Source: Escherichia coli
Lineage (GTDB): Bacteria > Pseudomonadota > Gammaproteobacteria > Enterobacterales > Enterobacteriaceae
Direction: 5' to 3' (one strand)
Assembly: GCF_003018255.1 (NCBI RefSeq)
Contig: NZ_CP027440.1
Length of the DNA stretch: 64,000 nt
Below, in pieces: positions 55,955 to 64,000 of the stretch (within the stretch, counting starts at the first letter, position 1; each line of letters opens with the position of its first letter). The notes beneath the pieces are model-generated. The model was not told where the DNA came from. It saw only the letters and a program-made list of their open reading frames with translations, and did not search any database. The position numbers were made by a program, and so were the translations under genes.

Positions 55955-57646
55955 TTACGCTGCTTTTGCTACTGCGTCCACTTCCGGACGTTTCAGGAAG
56001 GCATAGGCCAGACCCGCCACCAGCGTACCGGCAATAATGGCTACCAGGTAACCCAGTACCGGCGTAATAGCGCCAGGGATCAGCAGAACAAACAGACCAC
56101 CGTGCGGTGCCATCAGTTTCGCACCAATCGCCATTGAGATTGCGCCAGTCAGCGCCCCACCAACGATACAACACGGCAGCACACGCATCGGATCACGAGC
56201 AGCAAACGGAATTGCACCTTCCGAAATAAAGCACAGACCAAGAACCAGAGCGGCTTTGCCACCTTCCTGCTGCGCTTTGTCGAATTTGCGACGCGCCACC
56301 ATTGTTGCCAGACCCATTGCCAGCGGTGGCACCATACCTGCCGCCATAATCGCCGCCATCGGGCCATAGGTTTGAGTACTCAGCAGACCCACACCGAATG
56401 CGTACGCTGCTTTATTTACCGGACCGCCCATGTCAGTACACATCATGCCACCGAGGATCGCCCCCAGCAGAACCGCATTCGCAGTCCCCATGGTCTGCAG
56501 CCAGTGAGTCAACCCTTCGAGAATGCCAGCAACCGGTTTACCGATCAGGTAGATCATCGCCAGACCGACCACCAGACTGGAAATTAGCGGAATGATCAGG
56601 ATCGGTTTCAGCGCCTCCATACTCTGTGGCAGTTTCAGTTGCGTACTGATTAACTTCGCAATGTAACCAGCCAGGAAGCCCGCAATAATACCCCCAATGA
56701 AGCCAGAACCGGTGCTGACCGCCAGCATACCCCCAATCAGACCCGGCGTGAGACCCGGACGATCGGCAATGGAGAAGGCAATGTAACCTGCCAGTACCGG
56801 CACCATCAGCGCAAAGGCTGAACCACCACCAATCTGCATCAGCGCCGCTGCCAACGTACCCGGCTCTTTAAACGCTTCGATACCAAAAGCAAAAGAAAGC
56901 GCGATACACAGACCACCTGCAACGACCATCGGCAGCATGTAAGAGACGCCCGTCAGCAAGTGACGGTAAGCGCCTGCACCCTCTTTCTTACCTTCAGTGG
57001 TCGCTGTTTGAGCTTTGCCCGCCGGTTCATACGGCGTTGCTTCAGCAACCGCTTTATCCAGTTCCTGCGCGGTTTTCTTCAGCGCCAGACCGGTAGAGGT
57101 GCGATACATCGGTTTACCAGCAAATTTCGCCAGATCCACTTCGATATCTGCCGCCACAATCACCAGATCCGCTGCGGCTACTTCTTCAGGGGTGATCGCA
57201 TTACCCGCGCCAACAGAACCACGGGTTTCAACTTTCACCCACCAGCCACGTTTTTTCGCTTCGGTTTCAATGGCTTCAGCCGCCATAAATGTGTGTGCTA
57301 CGCCAGTCGGGCAAGCTGTCACCGCAACTACGCGTTTCGGACCGCTGGTGGCAACTGGTGCTGTCGCAGCGACCGGTGCAGTGTAAGGTTTCGCATGGCC
57401 TTTGGCTTCACTCAGGAACAGCTCAGGGTGCGCAACTGCCCGGGAAATATCGCCCAGCCAGACATTTTTACCGTTCAGCGCGCTGTCGTTCGGGATGGAA
57501 TCACCGAGAACAATCGCCATTTCAGCGTCGTTCGGATTGTCGATGATTTCCAGTTTTGCTTTTCGCGCCGCCGCGCCCAGCAGGGTCTTCGCCATATAGG
57601 CGCGTGCCTGACCGAGATTAGCGTCAATAATCAGCAGCGTTTTCAT
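55955..57646 (-). CDS. fruA: PTS fructose-specific EIIB-prime-BC component FruA
   Basis: 563-aa ORF with duplicated IIB domain (VTACPTGVAHT) and IIC membrane domain. Confidence 0.95.
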   Translation of the reverse strand: MKTLLIIDANLGQARAYMAKTLLGAAARKAKLEIIDNPNDAEMAIVLGDSIPNDSALNGKNVWLGDISRAVAHPELFLSEAKGHAKPYTAPVAATAPVATSGPKRVVAVTACPTGVAHTFMAAEAIETEAKKRGWWVKVETRGSVGAGNAITPEEVAAADLVIVAADIEVDLAKFAGKPMYRTSTGLALKKTAQELDKAVAEATPYEPAGKAQTATTEGKKEGAGAYRHLLTGVSYMLPMVVAGGLCIALSFAFGIEAFKEPGTLAAALMQIGGGSAFALMVPVLAGYIAFSIADRPGLTPGLIGGMLAVSTGSGFIGGIIAGFLAGYIAKLISTQLKLPQSMEALKPILIIPLISSLVVGLAMIYLIGKPVAGILEGLTHWLQTMGTANAVLLGAILGGMMCTDMGGPVNKAAYAFGVGLLSTQTYGPMAAIMAAGMVPPLAMGLATMVARRKFDKAQQEGGKAALVLGLCFISEGAIPFAARDPMRVLPCCIVGGALTGAISMAIGAKLMAPHGGLFVLLIPGAITPVLGYLVAIIAGTLVAGLAYAFLKRPEVDAVAKAA

Positions 57647-57662
57647 TATGCCTCTCCTGCTG

Positions 57663-58601
57663 TCAGTTAAAAGGTTGTAAGTCGACGCGCGCCATCATTG
57701 CGGCCAACTGCGGACGATCGGTAATACCCACATTGCTTTGACTTACCGCCAGGGCTGCAACAGCTGTCGCCAGACGCAGTGTGTGTTCACTGGATTCACG
57801 CATCAGCAAGCCATAAATCAGGCCACCAACCATAGAATCCCCTGCGCCAACGGTGCTTACGACATCGACTGACGGTGGTTTGGCGATCCATTCGCCGGAG
57901 GCATTAACCCAAAGCGCGCCTTCGGCACCCAGTGAAATAACGACATGCGCGATACCTTGTTCACGCAGCGCATGCGCAGCTTCAATCACATCTTTCATTT
58001 CAGGCAGTTTACGGCCTGCCCAGATTTCCAGCTCGCGGCGGTTAGGTTTCACCAGCCACGGTGCCGCTTTCAAACCTGCTACTAACGCTTCACGGCTACT
58101 ATCAAAGATAATGCAAGGACACTGACTACGCAGGCGAGTCATCCAGTCGGTGAACGCTTCCGGGCTGACGCCTGACGGTAAGCTTCCGCTGACACAGACC
58201 ATATCGAACTGACCGAGCCAGCTCAGAGAATCAGTCACAAAGCGTTCCCAGTCGGCGGGGGTAACGTCAAAACCCGAGAAGTTGAAGTCGGTCACTTCGC
58301 CGTCTTTTTCCGTCAGCTTAACGTTAATTCGGGTGCGCCCCTGTACAACCTGGAAACGGTTGGCAATGCCCAGCTCGCTGAACAGTTGCTGAAAACCATC
58401 CTGATTGTCTTTACCGAGGAAGCCACCAACGGTGACATCAATTCCCAGGTCTTTTAATACTTTGGCCACGTTGATGCCTTTACCCGCCGCATGCAGACCG
58501 GTGGTTTTCACCAGGTTCACTTCGCCGCGTTCAATTTCCGGGCAGAAACCAACAAGGTCATAAGCCGGATTAAGGGTGATAGTAGCAACACGTCTGCTCA
58601 T
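57663..58601 (-). CDS. fruK: 1-phosphofructokinase FruK
   Basis: 312-aa PfkB-family ORF (GAGDSMVGG motif). Confidence 0.95.
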   Translation of the reverse strand: MSRRVATITLNPAYDLVGFCPEIERGEVNLVKTTGLHAAGKGINVAKVLKDLGIDVTVGGFLGKDNQDGFQQLFSELGIANRFQVVQGRTRINVKLTEKDGEVTDFNFSGFDVTPADWERFVTDSLSWLGQFDMVCVSGSLPSGVSPEAFTDWMTRLRSQCPCIIFDSSREALVAGLKAAPWLVKPNRRELEIWAGRKLPEMKDVIEAAHALREQGIAHVVISLGAEGALWVNASGEWIAKPPSVDVVSTVGAGDSMVGGLIYGLLMRESSEHTLRLATAVAALAVSQSNVGITDRPQLAAMMARVDLQPFN

Positions 58602-59731
58602 TATGCGCCCTCCCCAAGACCAGCAGCGATAGCGTCGCCGATTGCTTTCAGCGCCTGTTCAGCATCTGCACCCTGGGCGGTAAAGCGTAGGCGATGACCT
58701 TTCTTAACGCCAAGTGCCACAACTTTCATCAGACTACGTCCGTTTGCCGGTTTGCCGGTACCATCAAGGTTTGTCACGGTAATATCACTGTTAAATTGTT
58801 TAATGGTATTGACCAGCATGGTACCTGGACGAGCATGCAGGCCGTGTTCATTGCGCACCACAAACTCCGCGCTTAACACGTCGTCGGTCGGCGCATCATC
58901 GCTGGTCAGCAGCGCCAGCAACGTTGCCGCATCCGCTTTCAGCAAGCGGTCAGCTTTATTGTCGAGTAACAAATCAGCGAGACGCTTAAGAACCGCAATG
59001 GGCTGATCGTCATTCATCGCCACACTCACCAGCATGGCTGCCGTTTCGCCGTCCACATCAAAAGCATTTGCCGCACGGCTTACCGCAATCGCGCTACGCA
59101 GATTGCCTTCGGCGCTATCGCTCAGCCAGATACCCTGCCCGAGGTTCAGCGGTTGTTCATTGATGGCTTTGGTGACGAAAGTGGCGTCAACTGCCCCCGC
59201 TTCTTTCAGACGCGCAGCGTTCAGCGCCTGAAGAGTCAGCAGATCGCTGGCGACGATATCCAGCGTCAGCATTTCGTTGTCGAGCTTCAGCTGCTCACTC
59301 TGCTTTTCGCCCATCAGCAATGCGCGAAGTTCTTCTGCTGTTGTTGCTGACTTCAGTTGTTCAGCAACGGAATCATCGCTCAGTACGTGGGTCAGCTGGC
59401 GTAGCAGGCCCAGATGTTCATCCGAGCTGGCAGCAATACCGATCGCCACGTACGCTACCTGGCCGTCACCCCAGGTGACGCCTTCCGGGAACTGAAATAC
59501 CTGAACGCCGGTTTTCAGCACCTGATCGCGGGTGTCGGTAGTGCCGTGTGGAATAGCAATACCATTGCCGAGGAACGTTGAGGTTTGCTGTTCGCGCGCC
59601 AGCATGCCATTGACGTAGCCTTCAGCTACATTACCGGCCTGCACCAGCGCCGCAGCGACCTGGCGAATCGCCTCTTCTTTGTCTCCGGCCTTTTCGCCCG
59701 GATGGATGTCCTGTACGGATAACTGGAACAT
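58601..59731 (-). CDS. fruB: PTS fructose-specific EIIA/FPr fusion protein FruB
   Basis: 376-aa ORF with N-terminal IIA(Fru) and C-terminal HPr-like domain (GLHARPG); 1-bp overlap with fruK. Confidence 0.95.
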
Positions 59732-59745
59732 AGTTCTCCTCTCTT

Positions 59746-59766
59746 GCTGAATTGAAACGATTCAGC
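59746..59766. promoter_or_regulatory. Cra (FruR) operator-like palindrome in fruB leader
   Basis: GCTGAATTGAAACGATTCAGC, 15-35 bp upstream of fruB ATG. Confidence 0.55.
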
Positions 59767-59817
59767 TTCTATGAGAAAAAAAGCGCCAACCTGGCTTAGG
59801 GTTAAAGACAAGATCGC

Positions 59818-59833
59818 GCTGAAACGTTTCAAG
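59818..59833. promoter_or_regulatory. Cra (FruR) operator-like site in fruBKA promoter
   Basis: GCTGAAACGTTTCAAG matches the Cra half-site pattern TGAAAC/GTTTCA. Confidence 0.6.
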
Positions 59834-59925
59834 AGAGCATAATACTTTTGTTTCAGCACGCAAGGAAAGCCGTAAAGTTATGAGCAAAAGTTTGATGTGC
59901 TGCACAATTTTTTGTCATTTTTCCT

Positions 59926-59958
59926 AATTGCTGATGGGAAAATCCGTTATCAGCAATT
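59926..59958. promoter_or_regulatory. 10-bp perfect inverted repeat in fruB/setB divergent intergenic region
   Basis: AATTGCTGAT-N13-ATCAGCAATT; no adjacent T-run, so more likely a protein-binding site than a terminator. Confidence 0.3.
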
Positions 59959-60098
59959 TCATTTCAGCAGCGTCAGCAGCCAATCAGCAACAGTGAAATG
60001 GCATTTTGATTATTCGTGGCGCTTTTGATTTCGCTGTCTGTTTATTTTCTGACAAGCAGCGTAAACTCCGCGTCTTCCTCTTCCAGTGATCGACCAGC

Positions 60099-61280
60099 AT
60101 GCATAACTCCCCCGCAGTCACCAGCGCGAAATCGTTTGACCTGACCTCGACGGCGTTTTTAATCGTTGCCTTTCTCACCGGTATTGCGGGCGCTCTGCAA
60201 ACCCCGACACTCAGTATTTTTCTTACCGATGAAGTACATGCCCGTCCGGCGATGGTGGGATTCTTCTTTACCGGCAGCGCTGTCATTGGGATTCTGGTGA
60301 GTCAGTTTCTCGCCGGGCGCTCTGATAAGCGCGGCGATCGCAAATCGCTGATTGTCTTTTGCTGCCTGTTAGGCGTGCTGGCCTGCACCCTTTTTGCCTG
60401 GAATCGCAACTACTTTGTTTTGCTATTCGTTGGCGTCTTTCTTAGCAGCTTTGGCTCGACCGCTAACCCGCAAATGTTTGCCCTTGCCCGTGAACATGCC
60501 GACAAAACCGGACGTGAGGCGGTGATGTTCAGCTCTTTTTTACGCGCTCAGGTTTCACTGGCATGGGTCATTGGCCCACCGCTGGCTTATGCCTTAGCGA
60601 TGGGTTTCAGCTTTACGGTAATGTATCTGAGCGCAGCGGTAGCGTTTATTGTTTGCGGCGTGACGGTGTGGCTGTTTTTACCGTCAATGCAAAAAGAACT
60701 TCCGCTGGCGACCGGCACGGTTGAAGCGCCGCGCCGTAACCGTCGCGATACGCTGCTGCTGTTTGTCATTTGTACATTGATGTGGGGCTCGAACAGCCTG
60801 TACATCATCAACATGCCGCTATTTATTATCAACGAACTGCATCTTCCCGAGAAACTGGCCGGTGTGATGATGGGGACCGCCGCCGGGCTGGAAATCCCGA
60901 CCATGTTGATTGCCGGATATTTCGCCAAACGTCTGGGTAAGCGTTTCTTAATGCGCGTTGCTGCCGTGGGTGGCGTCTGTTTTTACGCAGGAATGCTGAT
61001 GGCGCATTCACCTGTCATTCTGTTGGGCTTGCAGCTGCTAAATGCTATTTTTATTGGCATTCTGGGTGGCATCGGGATGCTCTATTTTCAGGATTTGATG
61101 CCCGGTCAGGCAGGTTCAGCCACCACGCTCTATACCAATACGTCGCGCGTGGGCTGGATCATCGCAGGATCAGTGGCGGGCATCGTCGCCGAGATCTGGA
61201 ATTATCACGCTGTGTTCTGGTTTGCGATGGTGATGATTATCGCCACTCTGTTTTGCTTACTGCGGATTAAAGATGTTTAA
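60099..61280 (+). CDS. setB: MFS sugar efflux transporter SetB
   Basis: 393-aa ORF with 12 TM segments; divergent from fruB. Confidence 0.9.
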
Positions 61281-61531
61281 GGCGCGGTCAGCATTTCCAG
61301 ATCGATAAGCCAGGTCATTGCCTGCTGACGCGAGTTACCGCACATTTCAGCGCTGGCTTGTAAGCCTGCACAGACTTTCGGCCGCAGTGGCGAGGTGAAA
61401 ATTTTACAGCGTTGCTGTTCATCAAGCTGAATGCAGGGCGTATTGGCGGGCTTGCCATCTGGCATACCGGGAATAGGGCTGGAAATCGAAGGGGCAGTGC
61501 AACACGCCCCGCAACCCGGACGGCATTCCAT
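61277..61531 (-). CDS. yeiW: cysteine-cluster protein YeiW (UPF0153, 84 aa)
   Basis: ATG 61531 ([22 protein letters not shown]); CxxC-rich; 4-bp convergent overlap with setB; longer 128-codon track ORF rejected. Confidence 0.7.
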
Positions 61532-61685
61532 ACGTTGTTCTCTTAAGGTTAACCACCGGATTGATGAGCGCGCACAGTACCACCTTTTTTGCACCAGCAA
61601 AAGTGCGAATACCACTTGCCCGAAAGGCCCGTCGCGAGTACTTTGTCGCGATATTTTTGACATTTTCGACTACAGGAATTTTTCG

Positions 61686-62258
61686 ATGCCAAGAGCGAAC
61701 GAAATTAAAAAAGGTATGGTACTGAATTACAACGGCAAACTGCTGCTGGTTAAGGACATTGATATTCAGTCGCCCACTGCCCGCGGTGCCGCTACGCTGT
61801 ACAAAATGCGTTTTTCTGATGTCCGTACCGGGCTGAAAGTAGAAGAGCGTTTCAAAGGAGATGATATCGTTGACACCGTGACGCTGACCCGCCGTTACGT
61901 TGACTTCTCCTATGTCGATGGCAACGAATATGTCTTTATGGATAAAGAAGACTATACCCCGTATACCTTCACCAAAGATCAGATTGAAGAAGAGTTGCTG
62001 TTTATGCCAGAGGGCGGCATGCCGGACATGCAGGTGCTGACCTGGGACGGTCAACTGCTGGCGCTTGAGTTGCCGCAGACCGTTGATCTGGAAATCGTTG
62101 AAACCGCACCAGGCATCAAAGGGGCATCTGCCAGCGCCCGTAACAAACCGGCGACATTGAGCACTGGTCTGGTGATTCAGGTACCAGAATACTTAAGCCC
62201 GGGCGAAAAAATTCGTATCCATATCGAAGAACGCCGTTATATGGGGCGTGCTGACTAA
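61686..62258 (+). CDS. yeiP: elongation factor P-like protein YeiP (EfpL)
   Basis: 190-aa ORF from ATG 61686 ([12 protein letters not shown]), EF-P KOW/OB folds; track ORF from 61431 rejected. Confidence 0.9.
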
Positions 62259-62278
62259 CTTCAGCCGCATGCAGAAAA

Positions 62279-62304
62279 GGGATAGCTCAGGCTGTCCCTT
62301 TTTT
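62279..62304 (+). terminator. rho-independent terminator after yeiP
   Basis: hairpin GGGATAGC-tcag-GCTGTCCC followed by T6 run, about 20 nt after yeiP stop. Confidence 0.75.
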
Positions 62305-62480
62305 AATTTATTATACCAATCTTCTATTTTGCGCTTCCTGAACACCTTACACCCGCAATATTCACTCGTTGATTGATCGCCCTCACACTTCATCGCATTA
62401 ACAATCCAGACCAATTTCAATTGCTGTCATATAACTTTACACTGTCATTGTTAATTAATCGTTACTAAGACGTGACTCCT

Positions 62481-63947
62481 ATGAATACAATCGCCTCCGT
62501 TACGCTCCCGCATCATGTACACGCTCCACGCTACGATCGCCAGCAGTTGCAATCACGTATCGTTCATTTTGGCTTTGGAGCCTTTCACCGCGCTCATCAG
62601 GCGTTACTGACCGATCGTGTGCTGAATGCCCAGGGCGGCGACTGGGGGATCTGTGAAATCAGCTTGTTCAGCGGTGATCAACTGATGAGCCAGCTCCGCG
62701 CACAGAACCATTTATATACCGTGCTGGAGAAAGGGGCGGACGGCAATCAGGCGATAATTGTCGGTGCCGTTCACGAATGCCTTAATGCAAAACTGGATTC
62801 CTTAGCGGCAATTATTGAGAAATTTTGCGAGCCACAGGTGGCAATTGTTTCCCTGACGATTACCGAAAAAGGCTATTGTATTGACCCAGCCACCGGTGCA
62901 CTCGACACCAGCAATCCGCGGATTATTCACGATCTTCAAAATCCTGAAGAACCTCACTCCGCGCCGGGTATTCTCGTCGAAGCACTGAAACGACGCCGTG
63001 AACGCGGCCTTGCACCGTTTACCGTACTCTCCTGCGACAATATTCCCGACAATGGCCATGTGGTGAAAAACGCGGTGCTGGGGATGGCGGAAAAACGTTC
63101 ACCAGAACTCGCCGGGTGGATAAAAGAACACGTCAGTTTTCCGGGAACCATGGTCGACCGTATTGTTCCGGCAGCAACCGACGAATCACTGGCGGAAATC
63201 AGCCAGCATCTGGGGGTGAATGATCCCTGTGCGATTAGCTGCGAACCGTTTATCCAGTGGGTGGTGGAAGATAACTTCGTCGCTGGGCGTCCTGCCTGGG
63301 AAGTCGCAGGTGTACAAATGGTGAATGATGTCCTGCCATGGGAAGAGATGAAACTGCGTATGCTTAATGGCAGCCACTCTTTTCTCGCTTATCTGGGTTA
63401 CCTCTCAGGATTCGCGCACATCAGTGATTGCATGCAGGATCGCGCATTTCGCCATGCCGCCAGAACATTAATGCTGGATGAGCAAGCGCCAACACTGCGA
63501 ATTAAAGATGTCGATTTAACACAATATGCGGATAAGTTAATTGCACGTTTTGCTAACCCGGCGCTGAAACATAAGACCTGGCAAATCGCGATGGATGGCA
63601 GCCAGAAATTACCGCAACGTATGCTGGCAGGTATTCGCATACATCTGGCGCGCGAAACAGACTGGTCGTTGCTGGCATTAGGCGTTGCAGGCTGGATGCG
63701 TTACGTCAGCGGCGTTGATGATGCCGGAAATGCCATTGATGTTCGCGATCCGCTTAGCGATAAAATTTGCGAACTTGTTGCGGGCAGTAGCAGTGAACAA
63801 CGCGTCACCGCCCTGCTTTCCCTGCGTGAAGTTTTCGGTGATGATCTGCCAGATAACCCGCATTTTGTGCAGGCCATCGAACAAGCCTGGCAACAAATCG
63901 CACAATTCGGCGCGCATCAGGCGCTATTAAACACCCTCAAAATTTAA
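62481..63947 (+). CDS. yeiQ: mannitol-dehydrogenase-family oxidoreductase YeiQ
   Basis: 488-aa ORF from ATG 62481 (MNTIASV); N-terminal Rossmann (HFGFGAFHRAH) typical of long-chain mannitol/fructuronate dehydrogenases. Confidence 0.9.
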   Translation: MNTIASVTLPHHVHAPRYDRQQLQSRIVHFGFGAFHRAHQALLTDRVLNAQGGDWGICEISLFSGDQLMSQLRAQNHLYTVLEKGADGNQAIIVGAVHECLNAKLDSLAAIIEKFCEPQVAIVSLTITEKGYCIDPATGALDTSNPRIIHDLQNPEEPHSAPGILVEALKRRRERGLAPFTVLSCDNIPDNGHVVKNAVLGMAEKRSPELAGWIKEHVSFPGTMVDRIVPAATDESLAEISQHLGVNDPCAISCEPFIQWVVEDNFVAGRPAWEVAGVQMVNDVLPWEEMKLRMLNGSHSFLAYLGYLSGFAHISDCMQDRAFRHAARTLMLDEQAPTLRIKDVDLTQYADKLIARFANPALKHKTWQIAMDGSQKLPQRMLAGIRIHLARETDWSLLALGVAGWMRYVSGVDDAGNAIDVRDPLSDKICELVAGSSSEQRVTALLSLREVFGDDLPDNPHFVQAIEQAWQQIAQFGAHQALLNTLKI

Positions 63948-64000
63948 CGATTTCTGCGGTTAAAGCGGATGAAGCTCGCCTTCGTCCGCTCTCCCCTTCT

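Noticed and set aside
61431-62258. 275-codon extended ORF for yeiP and 128-codon extended ORF for yeiW (61277..61663)
   Set aside because: The N-terminal extensions overlap each other antisense and the shared promoter region; the shorter forms (190 aa and 84 aa) match the conserved protein N-termini.

Overview
This window is an enterobacterial (E. coli-type) chromosomal segment that matches, gene for gene, the E. coli K-12 yehQ-to-yeiQ region as I recall it, with about 59 protein-coding genes. The one clear accessory insertion is a six-gene 3-hydroxybenzoate/gentisate catabolic cluster between dusC and yohJ (about 20.8-26.9 kb), with no integrase, transposase or tRNA at its borders. The core genes include the BtsS/BtsR two-component system, mlrA, the yehWXY-osmF ABC transporter, bglX, dld, pbpG, mdtQ (apparently intact here), dusC, yohJK, cdd, sanA, preTA, mglBAC-galS, folE, yeiG, cirA, lysP, yeiE/yeiH, nfo, two paralogous nucleoside-salvage modules (yeiI-nupX-rihB and psuKGT), fruBKA, setB, yeiW, yeiP and yeiQ. 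Non-coding content includes REP-type palindromes, one ERIC element, a GC-rich multi-hairpin element between yohP and dusC, terminators, and recognisable Fur, Cra, CRP and GalR/GalS-type sites. I found no rRNA, tRNA, CRISPR array or IS element. I see no convincing evidence of a wholly undescribed system; the items most worth a second look are the catabolic island and its effect on dusC upstream context, the GC-rich hairpin element, a conserved leader hairpin shared by the two NupC-family transporter genes, and a tandem repeat upstream of psuK. CDS coordinates are anchored to the supplied ORF track with starts re-chosen by homology and RBS; coordinates of non-coding features were read by eye and may be off by a few bp. 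All statements about K-12 are from memory, not from a database search.
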